Of a DNA stretch of 64,000 nt, positions 27,331 through 41,329 are shown in pieces. Each line of letters begins with the position of its first letter. Position 1 is the stretch's first letter. The stretch is from Octopus sinensis (Eukaryota). The stretch is taken from contig NC_043004.1 in the NCBI RefSeq assembly GCF_006345805.1, positions 14,632,001 through 14,696,000 on the forward strand, in the 5' to 3' direction. The notes beneath the pieces were generated by a model. That model saw only the letters and a program-made list of their open reading frames with translations. It was not told the DNA's origin and did no database searches. Made by a program: the position numbers and the translations under genes.

Positions 27331-28019
27331 GCTTTTAGAATAAGAGCAAAAGTCCAGGAACATGGATGATCAACAGTTTTGTGGGGAGAGGTTAGTCGAT
27401 ATCATCAAACCTAATACTGAACTTCTCTTCTGGGTACAGTCTGTATCTTAAGCAAACCTTTTGCGGCGATATGACGTGACTCATACAATAAAGAACCTTC
27501 AGTATATCTTCATAATACACGCACATACTACAAAAAGCTTATACAAAACTCGCCAAACATTGAACTAAAAACAAACGCGATAAAAGCAGCGAAATCACTA
27601 CACAATAAAGTAATACAAATGAACATTTACAAGAGAAAATACAACACTTATCACTCACTTCCAACAATTCAAACCAAATAACATTTTATAAAATAACTTC
27701 TTAAAATTATTACACAAACCAAAAATCATGAACTGCACTGTAACAGTCTAAAACTATTCCACAACTCACAATACAAATGTGAACAAAATTACACAATCCG
27801 TGAGGTACATATTTCACAAATAAAAAGAAACAAAACCGAACAAAAACAAAAACAAATGAAACATTAAATTACCACAATGAGAGAAACAAAGCAGAACTCT
27901 ACTCCGTAGCTTGAAAAGACTAAAGTGTACGTGCTTCATCAAAATAGAGGTAATTTGTTTTCTCTTTTTTTATTTGTTTGGAGTTACAACTTGTATCAGC
28001 ACTAGCGCTGCGTGTTAGG

Positions 28020-28140
28020 GTATGAGGAGGGTTAGCCAATTTGGTCAACCCCTGAATTCGACTGGTAACTCATTGAATCAACCCCGCAAGGATGAAAGGC
28101 AAAGTTATGCAAACAATTCTGGCGGGTTACCAGTTTACTA

Positions 28141-28179
<39 letters not shown>

Positions 28180-28228
28180 TTACTACTACTACAACTACCA
28201 CTACTACTGCTGCTGCTGCTGTTACTAC

Positions 28229-28270
<42 letters not shown>

Positions 28271-28290
28271 TACCACAACTACAACCACCT
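28020..28290 (-). mobile_element. Degraded family M SINE fragment followed by (CTA)n/(CTG)n repeats
   Basis: GGATGAAAGGCAAAGT core (reverse complement) at about 28090; triplet repeats at 28136-28290. Confidence 0.6.
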
Positions 28291-29774
28291 CAATATGTCC
28301 AAGGCGATATATAATGTTGATCTCTGAAGTATTCAAATAAGCTCTTTTATTAACCGCATCCAATCTCAAAGATTATGATTACTAACCCAACATAGTTGCT
28401 GCAAGGTGGCTGTGAACGAAACTTCATACTTGCATTGTATAGTGTTAACAAGGTATAAGATAGAGCTTCAACATCCCCGGTAGAATTGTTTTTTAAAAGT
28501 CTCACTTCATTGAATTGTTCGTAGTAACGAGCATCACAAGGTGTATGAAATAAATCTATATTTCGCTAAGTCATTGAAAAGCGCTCCTAATCTGGAAATT
28601 ACTACGGTTTTCCAGTTGCAAAGCGCCATCACTCAAAATATTTTGAATTACTTTTCCACAACAGAAACCAAAACTCTTTGTTGCTTATCTTTGATATTTG
28701 ATGTTGGTGAGAAGATATATGCCTTGAAATGCATGCATCCATCCTTTAGGCAACAGGAGAGTGTTTCGAACTGACGATGGCTTTTTGTCTAGAGCGAGAA
28801 TACTCCCCCATGATAAAATCTCAGTGAATAGCTAGCTTGCTTACGAGTATAAGTCTCTCTGAAACAGGTATATTTAATAATAGAATAATGTATAATAATA
28901 TATAATAATAATAATATACTTATACTAGGTTTATACTATACAATACTGTCCTACACACACACACATGCATGTACATGCACACATACGTGTGTATATGAAC
29001 ATACTCGGAAGTGTACACGCATGTATTTACATATATTCACACAAATACATTCCGATGCGTAGAGGTGTGTTCATCAGTTCGTTCGTTAATGAGGGGTCAC
29101 TGTAATTTCAAAAGCATTTACATAACATAATATTTTTAGAAGCAAATATCTTTTAATAGTTTTGCGCCAGCAATTATTTCTTTCCCTTGCAGAATTTGAA
29201 ATGAAACCCGTATAGAACAGAGGAATCTGAGTTACTAGAGTATAAACGATGATGATTAATATGAAAGGCAGTTTCACTTTTTTCCTTTTTTTTATTATGT
29301 TCTTGTTCCTTTATCTCTTTGAATACACTGAAGTCATCGCCAATGTTCTGCCCACAACTATCGACAATTTTTAATAAGCTAAATATTATTTTTGGCACGC
29401 AATGCTATGGAATATAAGAGAAGAAAGAAGAACATTTCTTCTCATGCAAAATCTTTTTGTTGATTGCTATTGTTTATTTTTATATTTAGATTAATTCAAG
29501 AATTACGTGCAGTGCTTATGTCATAGAGTATTTGACATTCCGTACATAGTTAATTTTGATTTTAGGTTCTCTCACTCACTCGCACACATATATCTCCGTG
29601 TATGTGTGAACGTGGATGTTTATGAGTGTTTGCGTGAGTGTGTGTCTGTGTGTTTGTTAAATTTATAGTGACATAGTGCACTCGTCACAAACGAACACAA
29701 TACATTCATGAGATAAGAACACATATGCAAGGAACTGACTGTAACTTATCATAGCATTCTACCAACGTGTGAGC

Positions 29775-29826
<52 letters not shown>

Positions 29827-29840
29827 GCACACATATGCAT

Positions 29841-29889
<49 letters not shown>

Positions 29890-30589
29890 TGTGTGGTGTA
29901 TGTGTAGTCTCTCCACCTCTCGCATTATATATAGATATATATATATACTGTTAAATCAAAGGATATTAAAGTGAAGACCCCGAAGAAACTGCACTGGTAT
30001 AATAGCAGGGTTGTAATTGCAACGGTTAATACTCAGTGCAGCTGAAACAGGTGTAGGTTTATGTAAAGTAGTATAATCATCATATACTAATATATATATA
30101 TATACACGCACATATATATTCACGTGTCTATATGTATCTATATCTATATATATATATACACACACATAAATAAATGAATATATATATGCACATGTTTAGT
30201 ACAACAAATCGTATGTGAATTGGTACAAGCATACACTAATTTTTCAGTGATGTACATATATACACGTATAGTTTTGGCTGACGTAGACGCTCTCTCAGTC
30301 CTCTGTAAGTGAAACATCCTCTTGAGAACATCTGGCCTGAAGGTCTGCAACACATTCCTTTAAAACGCAATAGCCTAGCGATATGCAACATTGTTAAAAT
30401 AGCTGAAGAATAAAGAACGCACCACAGTCCGACCGCCTCAATTATATACAGAGGATGCGCTCACCACGAAATTCCACTGACACAAAACTAACCCAAAAAA
30501 ACTGCCCGCTTCCCTCGTTCACTAACTCACATAATTTCAAAGAGTATTTAATATCGTTAAATGCATAAATATAACATACATTTAGTCAA

Positions 30590-30796
30590 GAGGTGGCGGG
30601 CTGGCAGAATTATTACCCTGCCGAGCAAAATGCTTAGCAGTATTTCTTCTTTCTTTACGTTTTGAGTTCAGATACCAGTGAAGTCGACTTTGCTTTTCAT
30701 CCTCTTGGGCTCGATACAATGAATAGCAGTTAAGTAGTGATCCACTTAACATTTGCTCCGAAATTGTCAGCTCTGTGCCAGTATTTGAAACCACTA
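30590..30796 (+). mobile_element. tRNA-SINE family M
   Basis: GGTGGCGGGCTGGCAGAA head and GTCGACTTTGCTTTTCATCC core. Confidence 0.8.
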
Positions 30797-31819
30797 TTTT
30801 CCGGCCCGAATTAGCTCAACTATCAAATGATTTTGAAACTATATAGAGATTCGCACTCAAACGCACACTCACACATACAATCGTACTTGTGAATACACAT
30901 GCTAACATAAGATAACAGGTGTACGAACATTAAGTATTTCGCAAAAATTAATATTTAGTTAACTACAACTATAGCCTTTCTGAGAAGAGAAACAATCAGT
31001 TTTAACTGCTATTGTTTCCAACAAAGCTAAGAGAGAGAACTCGGAATTTAAATCGAATGTAAATGAAATAATAGCACTGAAATATGTTGAAGATTTGTGT
31101 CTGAGATCTGGCAGTTAGACTGACAACTATAGTTACATCAATTTTATTAGAACTCAGTGAAAGGGTGTTTAATACATACGTGTCAAAATTTACAAGTTCT
31201 TAAAGAATTGAGATATAATTTATTCATTAATTATTAATTTGAATATAATAATTATTGAAACTTTTCCAGGGTTCCTACGGCATACAATCAAATAATATAT
31301 TCATATTAACAGTGACTAATACTTAAGATTAGGTGGTTAATATAAAAGTTTTGTTTTTAAAATATGCATACATACAGAAAAACAGGCAGGTATACACATA
31401 TATGTATGCATCTACATATATGTATGAGCGAGTGTATACGCCACTGCGGGTATACACGGTTGCATGTACATACAGGTACATGTATATGTACAGGTTTTAT
31501 GTAAATGTGGAGCCGAGAGACAATCATATCTATCAATCAATATAATAAAGGGATACGTGAATAATGGATTCTGCCATAGTGGTACGTAAAATGATGGGAA
31601 TGAGATAAATCTCGAATCACTGTGATAGAGGAATCTAGTAACAAAAACACAAAACTACAACAGCAGCACCAACAAATTCTACACATGTATGATACACTTT
31701 CAAACCCAGACGTATATACACAGATTTACGTCAACAGGAACATACAAATATGCATACAAATTAAAAACATGAGCACGTGTAAAGAATATATAGGTATATA
31801 TATATATATATATTCTATT

Positions 31820-32044
31820 ATTTTTTTATTTGTTTCAGTCATTTGACTGCAGCGATGCTGGAGCACCGCCTTTAGTCGAGCAAATCGCCCCCAGTACTTA
31901 TTCTTTGTAAGCTTAGTACTTATTCTATCGGCCTCTTTTGCCGAACCACTAGGTTACGGGGACGTAAAACAGCACCATCGGTTGTCAAGCGATATTGGGA
32001 GGAGGACAAACACAGTCAGAAAAACATACACACACACACACACA

Positions 32045-32143
<99 letters not shown>

Positions 32144-32303
32144 CGGGCTTTTTTCAGTTTCTCTCAAACAAATCCACTAACAAGTCATTGGTTGGCCGGA
32201 GGCTATAGTAGAAGACACTTGCCCTAGGTGCCACACAGTGAGTGTGAACCCGGAACCATGTGGTCGGTAAGCAAACTACTTACCACACAGCCACGCCTGC
32301 GCC
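31820..32303 (-). mobile_element. tRNA-SINE family C, full length
   Basis: Reverse complement of family C with an internal (TA)n/(CA)n tract. Confidence 0.9.
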
Positions 32304-32328
32304 TATATATATATATACATACATACTC

Positions 32329-32379
<51 letters not shown>

Positions 32380-32760
32380 TATGTATGCATATATCTATTT
32401 ATATATACTTATATTTATATATGTGTATTATACTGGGAGACATTACATAGTATCGAATATGTCGTTTGTATCTAGAATAAGCAAGCGGTATAACGATAGG
32501 TTCGGTTTCAAGGGTCCACAATTATTCAGTATTTCTACCAAGCACTCTCAGAGATTTTTTGGGAGTAAATGCGGTGATATTCAATGAATGTCAGGCTAAT
32601 GATGTCTTTAAAACACCAGGTGAACCTTCATCGCGGCAGAAAGCGCAAGAAAGAGCGCACAGTTTAGAAACAAATTCAATCACACTGAAAGTTGGTGCCC
32701 CAATATGGACTCAAGTGGTGAGTGAGACCACATATGTGTGTATATATATATATATATATA

Positions 32761-33094
32761 TGTATATTTAAAGTGCTAAAAAAACCACTAAGTGGTCAGC
32801 CGTATGCTAGAAGTAGATCACCACCGTTCAAACTACAAAGAAAATAATGTTCTCTAGAGAAAAATTCAGCAGACGAGGGATTACGTGAGTGATTTATTAG
32901 TTAATAGGCGAAACCGCCGGTTTGCGAGTAATTCTTGTCTTTTATATAATTTTCATTTGTCTTGCCCGCATATTGTTCTTGTGTCCGCTGAATTTTTCTC
33001 TAGAGAACATTCTTTTCTTTGTAGTTTGATCGTTGGTGATCTACTTCTAGCATACGGCTGAACACTTAGTGGTTTTTTAGCACTTTAAATATAC
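32761..33094. repeat. Inverted repeat with about 110 bp arms (32761-32874 and 32983-33094) around a hammerhead-like remnant
   Basis: TGTATATTTAAAGTGCTAAAAAA...GAAAAATTCAGC pairs with GCTGAATTTTTC...TTTTAGCACTTTAAATATACA. The spacer contains GACGAG...CGAAACCGCCGGTT. Confidence 0.9.
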
Positions 33095-33204
33095 ACATGT
33101 ATTAGAATTTTCTCTGATTTTTCAGATTTTTGTATGCTAGACTACTGGTTTTAAATTGATATTAATTAAATTAATATTCAATTTATCTCCCTCATTATTC
33201 AAAT

Positions 33205-33243
<39 letters not shown>

Positions 33244-34642
33244 GGAGAGAGACATATATAAAAACACATATATACGTACCTACATACACACAAATACACA
33301 CACATATAACTGTCAGAAATACTGAAACGCACACACCGAAAATTGAAGTTACATTTCGTCTTTCATAATATAAATACCACTCCCGTGCAAATTTCAATGG
33401 AAACAGTTTTGCTTGTTCGATCATTGCCCAGTCATTGTCGTCCGACGTAATCTGAAGCAATTTAAAAAAAATTTGTATGGTAACTTGACCTGTTATCAAA
33501 AAATCAAACAGATGCGTGTAACTACATGGAGGTTGTAAATGAAATGCCCGTACAGTTTATATATACCGTATTTGTGACAAAATCAGAACTTATGAAAGTG
33601 TGTACTTTCTTGTTCGCACATAAGACACGAGAGAAACAAATCCGCAATGCACGGAAGAAAATAAACAATAACTGATAACAGATAATCCACAAAGCTAATA
33701 GACTAAGTAATAAAAGAATGCAGATAGAAATACATCACGTGCATTAATGAGTACAACAAATCAAATCGACGTTTCCTGAACACGTGCAAGTTGAACCACA
33801 CTTCAGGTGTCGAAGTGGTCACACAGCAACGTGTTTGGCCCAAGACCACAACTCACTAAAAGGTGTAGGAATTGAAACCACGATCTCACGATTGTAAGTG
33901 TAACATCCAAACCACTAAGCCATGCGCCCCCCGAATAACACTTATATAATCTACTAAATTCTAATAACGATTAATCACGGAAGCCGTATCGTATCACCGA
34001 TAAAAACACGCGAGCAACCCGCGCATCAAACCGTTAACACTTGAAATAGAAACCTAACATTAAAAGTATTCAAGAGAGAAAGTGTATATAATTTTTTTCA
34101 CAAAGACACATTAACAAAGGCCTACTGACATGGAAATCTCACGGCGATAAATTTTAGCGTTAAAGTCTACAGAAACTGGAACAATATATCAGATGCAATA
34201 CAGAAGCCAAAACTATTTCATCATCTGAAGACAGGAGTGTGAAGATCGGGAAATGTTGAGTAGGTACTTCTAGGTACTTCATAGTTTTAAACTAACCGTA
34301 AGAAACAGATATGGAATTCAGTAATTCATGGAATGTAAAAGTAATAAAACTGGAGCTTAGAAGTGTGTTTATGAAATACATAACAGTCAAACAGGCAAAA
34401 TGCATGAGAAAGATTGTTCATGAAATATTTAGTTACACCAACAGACGAAAGTATCAATATTATAATATGGTTATTAGTTTCAAATTATAAATACCACAGC
34501 CAGAATTTATTACCAAAGCGTCAGGAGCATGTATATTTTAGAAGCATTATACTAATTTCGAAATGATACTGACAGAATCAACGACGGTGGAGACATCAAG
34601 ATGATATATGTATGTATTTATCTATGTATCTATTCCAATATA

Positions 34643-34721
<79 letters not shown>

Positions 34722-34726
<5 letters not shown>

Positions 34727-35829
34727 TTGTCAAATACGAGATTTGTAGCAAGGTATATGGTAGATTTTGACAGCTACTCATTTTGAGCTTTATAAAATAT
34801 TTATAAATCATTTTTTGCTATTTTTGTTTAGAGATGGATTAGTCGGAAATTCGTACAGTTTTGAAATATGAGTTCTTTCTTGGAAATACAGCATCACAGA
34901 CAGCTAGGAATATTTATGACGTATTACATTCTAATGTTATTACACAGCAGACAGTATCAAATTCTGGTAACTTTGACTTCACAAATGAGCAACGTGGTCG
35001 ACCAGAAACAAGGTCCATCTCAAAGTGTTCTTGAATTATCGTTGTTGTTTGGTAGTTGCAAGCAAACAATATTTGCTCCCCTAGTTCCAATCGGTAAAGT
35101 GAAAAAGTTGGATGAGTGGGTTCCGCATGAACTCAATGAAAATTAGGAACAGCAACATTTGGAAGCCTGCACTATGCTACATTCTCGTCACAAAAATGAA
35201 TCATTTTTTGAATCGAATTGTAACATGTGATGAGAAATGAATCCAATACAACAACCGTAAACGTTCAGCCACCAAAACGTAGTCTAAAAAGTAAAATTCA
35301 TCAAAAGAATTTCATGGTGTGTGTTTGGTGGGTTGGTGTAGGTGTGATCCATTATGATTTCCTTAAAACTCGCTCATCAATCACGGTCGAAGTATACTTC
35401 AGCGAACTGGACCAAATGATGCGGAAACTTACAACCCCCACCCAGCCTAGATTAGTCAACAGATTAATTTTATTGCAAGACAACACCGAACAACACATCG
35501 CAAAAATGACACTGGCGAAACTACAGGAGTTGGAAGTTCTTCATCATCCACTACACTCACCTGACTACCACTTCTTCCAGAATTTGGATAATTTTTGATA
35601 GGAAAAAAATTTTAATACCGACGATGCTGTAAAACAGGCCTTCCAAGATTAAAATGAATCTAGATTGCCAGGTTTTTACAGTTCCGGGTTGGACAAGCTG
35701 CTGTGGAAATGGCAAAAGCGGAATTGACAATATGGATGCATACTTTGATGAATAAATCTATTCCTTGTATTTATAAAACATTAGCAAACATTTTTTCATT
35801 TCTACAAATTTCATACTTGACGACCTAAT
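34722..35829 (+). mobile_element. Decayed mariner DNA transposon with both TIRs
   Basis: WVPHEL, RIVTCDEK, LLQDN and HPLHSPDYHFF motifs. Left TIR GGTTGTCAAATACGAGATTTGTAG matches right TIR CTACAAATTTCATACTTGACGACC. TA flanks. Confidence 0.9.
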
Positions 35830-38049
35830 ATATACAAATATAAAAATAAACATCGGGATCAGATTAAATCGGAGATTCGCTCGCATTCTTTTCATTATTG
35901 CATTATAAATTACATGCTCTTTACTCTCGTCTAGTATGCTCCCCGGTAATCGTTGAAAGAGACCTTGTACAATCATCATACAACGATAGATCACCAGATG
36001 AAAACAATTATTTACAGTTACTTAACATGAGTTGCTAAGCAGGCCCACTGTGAAAACTAGCAGTTTATTCTTTATATGTGCATTTTGTGTATGCCCACTG
36101 ACACGCATATACACACGCATACTCACACTCACATACTCGTATGTCAATTGGTTGATAGGTAGACAATTATACGAGTTTATAGGGATTTCATCAAAACTGA
36201 AGAAAAAAACAGGTTTTAATCGTAAATTTATTGCGCGTGCATACATTACGTTGGCAAATAAAATAAGGTAAAAATAATGAAAGTTTCGGTTATGTAATAT
36301 TCGACAAAGATACACAAATATTATTTCTAGTGTGATGAGTCAATTAGGTATCCCGAAAAGTGTAAGAATATTTCACATTATTTGAAGCTTATCACCAAAC
36401 GGTGTTGAAAGTAAAAAGTCGTTTTCTCTAACTTGCTTGGAATAGTGTCAATGAATCATACTTTTGAGATGATAAAAACAGGATAAGTGGGAATTGAATA
36501 CAATTGTTAGAAGTTTGTGTCATATTTTAGCGTTATATTTATTTCTTTATATTTTGTTTCGATGCGAAGGATGAACGGTCGATGTATGAGCAAAGTTTTT
36601 AGTATTAACTAGTGCTTCTTTTTTCAAATATATTTTGTCTTGGGATACATATAGATGTGCCATATTTGCTGGAAATCGTAGGATGGAATCGAGTAAAGAA
36701 GTTGTTGCTATATCTAGTAGGTCAAGTTTACAGGTGTCCCAGATTGCTTTCGTAGTCTATATGTTATTGATTATTATCTGTATAATCAAATTCGTTTATT
36801 TTTGGCATCCCGTCATTTTGAGAGCTTGCATATAACTACATTACCGCATGTTACATCTTGCCTATTTTAAGGTTGTATATTGTGATTTGAAGGGAATATG
36901 ACTTCTATTTATAATAACACGAGCCTCTACGTAGAAGTATTCTCACTAAAGAATAAATAAAAAATGGATTTCATTTTGGTAAATGCATTTCCTTATTTCG
37001 GATTCTTCTTGAGTTGCATAGTTTAGAGGCAAAAATTGTTGCAAGATACTATGTCTGGAACCTTACCAGAACTTGCATCAACTTTCGTTCTATATACTAT
37101 CCAACGTCTTAATTAGAAAATATGACCATTGGACAATATAGTCTTAGATAAGCAAAAATATGGAATGAGAAGAGTAAGCAACAGCTGCTTGCAAGTTTTT
37201 TTCTAAAAATGTTGACCTTGGCTTATACAGTGTCTTGATCAGATGCATATTTGAGGTTTCAATTCGTAAGAGTGAACTAATCTCAAATTTCTAATCTACG
37301 CGAAACTCAATCTTTGCAAAACCTCATGCATTATAAATGAAAAGAAGGGGCTTTTAACTGGAAAACTTCTAAATTCCTTAACCACCATCTACAGTATAAT
37401 TTACGTATCACCTGAACTCTATGGATTTTTCATTAATAATTGAGGAGAACTGACTGGTATTTAGGAAAGTGCGTTGTGTATAACGTTTCTCAGCCATCTT
37501 TGTTCAAACAACCTCCTATCTTCCTTCAGCTTATCAAATCCACAAAACACCAACCATAATATACATTACAATGTGTGGCAGATAGAATGACGTTTTCTAT
37601 TTCTATCCTCCATAAAATTTAAACAAGTCGCCCAACTCTATGTTGCAGCCACTTGTCATAGGCACTGGTCCTAGACATTTCTAATTCTGTAATATATCAG
37701 TATTTAGTTGTTCTAAATATTTATATATTACTGTTAGAATGCATATATATGAATAGCTATAGTGTTTGACCGTAGTATTCACGTATATGTGTAGTCACTG
37801 ATTATGTCTTATTAACTCAGTTTTAATACGTTGTTGCTAATGTAGACATCATTCACGTTAAACGCTAATTTATCACTCATTTAAGAAACGTGAGCAAACG
37901 TATGATGGAAGGCACGAATGATTTCGATGAACATACCATTGAATATTTTTGTCCTTTTTGGCCATAGAATACTCAGGTATACATGATATAATGTGATAAA
38001 GTTATGTGGAGCTGCTCCAACGTTTGTATAGATACTTATTTCTGTTATT

Positions 38050-38459
38050 TTTTCTTTTGTTTGTTTCAGTCACTTGACTGCGGCCATGCTGGAGCACATC
38101 CTTCAGCTGAGCAAATCCGCCCCAGGACTTACTCTTTGTAAGCCTAATACTTACTCTATCGGTTTCTTTTGCCGAAACGCTAAGTTACGGTGGCATAAAC
38201 ACACCACCATCAGTTGTGAAGCGATGCTGGGGAGGTGTGAGACAAACACACACACATGTATATATATATTTATATATTTATTTATATATACGGGCTTCAT
38301 TCAGTTTCCATCTACCAAATTCACTGACAAGGCTTTGGTCGGCCTGAGGCTATAGTAGAAGACACTTGCCGAAGGTGCCACACAGTGGGAGTGAAACCGG
38401 AACCATGTGGTTGGGTGGTTGGTTAGCAAGCTGCTTACCACACAGCCACTTCTGCGCCT
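38050..38459 (-). mobile_element. tRNA-SINE family C
   Basis: Reverse complement of the family C head, core and tail. Confidence 0.88.
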
Positions 38460-38573
38460 TATTCAACGAAATCTTTCCCCAGGTGCTATATTAAATCATG
38501 AATAAATATCGCTGAATCATTCAGTTGAAATTAAGTTAATTGCATGGTTACTGACTGAAATTTCTGCCTAACG

Positions 38574-38635
38574 CTGTAGTTCTGCTTCAAGAGGTAACAG
38601 GCGTCACTCTAGTACCTCTTGAAGCAAACCTACAG
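38574..38635. other. Isolated 62-nt hairpin (23-bp stem, 2 mismatches, 16-nt loop)
   Basis: CTGTAGTTCTGCTTCAAGAGGTA pairs with TACCTCTTGAAGCAAACCTACAG. Confidence 0.8.
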
Positions 38636-38690
38636 TAGACCTAAGTATGTCAAATTCAGTAAGCGTAGAAGTTAATTAATTACTATATAA

Positions 38691-39092
38691 TCTATATATA
38701 AAAGACAGGATGTGTGTGTGTGTGTATGTGTGCGCGTGAATATAATTTATGCGCTTCCACAACTTAGCACGCATGTCGCTCCAGTTTTAGGAGGACATTC
38801 CTCATGCCCCTACTTGTATTTTCGTCAATTTAATTTTCCCAGTGGCACCAGTGAATAGCAGTAAAAATAAACTTTGAACCAAAACTTTTAACAATTTTCA
38901 AGTCGGAGAAATCGCCATTGTTTGCAAACAGGAGTTAAATCCCGTTTAACGATGAGTAAGTTTTTGTTAAGATTTTTGTCGTTTTTCTCCATCGAGGAAA
39001 AAAGTGTTTTGTTGATATACGGGCAACACACGCTCACACACAAACATGTATGCGTACAAAAAACATGTATGCAATAGTTGTATGTACGTACG

Positions 39093-39138
<46 letters not shown>

Positions 39139-39286
39139 GTGTGTGTGTATGTGTGTATGTGTGTCTGATTTAACGGATTTCACCCAAATTTGACGTCGAT
39201 GTTACTTAGTTTGGTTTGAAATAAAGAACTTGATTAGCTTAATGATCCTAACTTAATCCCCGGGAAAAGCCGGGTTATACTGCTAG
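38691..39286 (+). mobile_element. Non-autonomous Helitron with internal (TG)n microsatellites
   Basis: 5' end A|TCTATATATAAAAG; subterminal hairpin CCCGG-GAAAAG-CCGGG (39259-39274); 3' end CTAG|T; no TSD. Confidence 0.8.
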
Positions 39287-39368
<82 letters not shown>

Positions 39369-39519
39369 CTTTTAATTCTAAAATGTAAGGGTTCTCAAAA
39401 GGCTACGATATATTTAGTCTACTTTTCTTTCGACTAATTCAGCGTAGTCCATGAGATATCTATTTAAAGAAGAGAGTAAAAAGAAAATAGGAAAAGATAA
39501 TGATAGTGATAAGGATGAT

Positions 39520-39922
39520 AATCATTTCTACTATAGGTGCAAGGCTTGAAAATTAGGGGTGAGAACTAGTCGTTTACATCGACCCAAGTGCTTCACTGGT
39601 ACTTAATTTATCGATTCCGAAAGGATGAAAGGCAAAGTCGAATGCGGCGGAATTTGAACTATGAACGTAACGGCAGACGAAATACCTATTTCTATTTCTT
39701 TACTACGCACAAGGGGTTAAACATAGAGAGGACAAACAAGGACAGACAAACGGATTAAGTTGATTATATCTACCCCAGTGCGTAACTGGTACTTATTTAA
39801 TCGACCCCGAAAGGATGAGAGGCAAAGTCGACCTCGGCGGAATTTGAACACAGAACGTAACGGCAGACGAAATACGGCTACACATTTCGCCCGGCGTGCT
39901 AACGTTCCTGCCACCTCGCCGC
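39520..39922 (-). mobile_element. Family M SINE with a partially duplicated 3' unit (dimer)
   Basis: Two successive copies of GAAAGGATGA.AGGCAAAGTCGA...GGCGGAATTTGAAC...GGCAGACGAAATAC. Confidence 0.85.
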
Positions 39923-39926
39923 TTTG

Positions 39927-40480
39927 TAACATTTTAATCGTTAAAATAATTATCCTGAGAAATATATTTCAGTTTTTAGTTATGTAACTTTCAGTTCCGT
40001 AGTTTCTGAGGTCAAATCGAGCCAATAGCAAATGACGCTTACACCCGTGTGTCTTCTACAATAAAACGATGATAAAGAAGAACTGCGTGATTTTAAAAGG
40101 AGACAAATACTAAATAAAATAAGGTAGGTGGTAGAGGTTTATACCTTTTCGAAATAGATAGGAAAATCAAGGTAATAATGAGAGAATAATAGCTACCTGA
40201 ATTTAAGATTGACCAGTAGGTCACTTAGAACAAGTAGTACTTAGGTAAGGGAGAGAGCAGGAATAGACAAGCATTTGTAACAGATCAGGAGTAGTTCACA
40301 GTATTTTTACAGATGTTGGAAATAAATATAGTGTTTCACTGAAATATTACTTCAGAATTAGGTGGTTTTAACATTTTATTCGTTAAAATAATTATCCTGA
40401 CAAATGCATTTCAGATTTTAATTCTGTAGTTTCTGAGGTCAAATTGAACTAATAGCGAACGGCGCTTACAACCGTGAGTC
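39927..40480. repeat. Diverged direct repeat of about 120 bp (39927-40053 and 40368-40480)
   Basis: TAACATTTTA.TCGTTAAAATAATTATCCTGA...GTAGTTTCTGAGGTCAAAT...CGCTTACA.CCGTG occurs twice. Confidence 0.8.
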
Positions 40481-40987
40481 ATCGAGGAAATGCCAGGAGT
40501 ATCTATAAAATCTACTGTTGCCCCAAACTCGGAAATATATATACATGTATATGTAGACACACACACATGCACACGGGGATAGAGACACAGCGAGAGAGAG
40601 ACTCAGAGAGAGAAAGACAGAGAAACTGAGAGAGAGGCAGACAAATGAATATATTAGTAGATAGATAGAGAGATTTCTGTGTGTGTGTGTGTGTGCGTGC
40701 CCCTATTTGTGGTTACATTTTTGAGAAAATATATATTCCAAACTGATGTGATCACCGATATGCTAAATGAGAAAAAAAAAACGAATTGGCATGTAATAAA
40801 TAGGAACGAATACACTAATTAATATATTAGACAGCTGTTCTCTATTTCTCAAATCCTTTATACAAAAATAAAGATTATAAATGTGAAGTAAAAATATACA
40901 CACGCAATATAGGTATACGAATTGTAATACTAACCTGCCTATGTGACATCATATATACATGAGTGTGTGTGCGTATATACATGTATA

Positions 40988-41031
<44 letters not shown>

Positions 41032-41107
41032 ATGCTATATATATATATATAGATATATATATATAACATGAATATACCTATCTATAAGCGCGCACACTTA
41101 CACACAG

Positions 41108-41283
41108 TTGAAATTTACAGAAAAACAAAAGACAAAGACAGGTGTATAAACAAAAAGCAGGTGTATTAGTTTGATGCTCGGGAAGGTGAGAAAGTCTTAT
41201 ACGTTTCGAGTCTACGCTCTTCAACAGAAAGGAACACGAGCAAAGAACCAGAGAGAGAATGAAAAAAAATTGTGAATTTAGTG
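41108..41283 (-). mobile_element. Penelope-like mini-element with variant hammerhead motif (41231-41196)
   Basis: Minus strand: CTTT-CTGTTGAA-GAGC GTAG ACTC-GAAA-CG-TA-TAAG. Flanked by TA/CA tracts; homologous to 5518-5633. Confidence 0.55.

Positions 41284-41329
<46 letters not shown>

Noticed and set aside
37066-37106. Possible phase 2-to-1 micro-exon RWIVYRTKVDASS that would splice in frame to the CCP exon
   Set aside because: Weak AAG acceptor, and the family normally has another CCP domain at this position.
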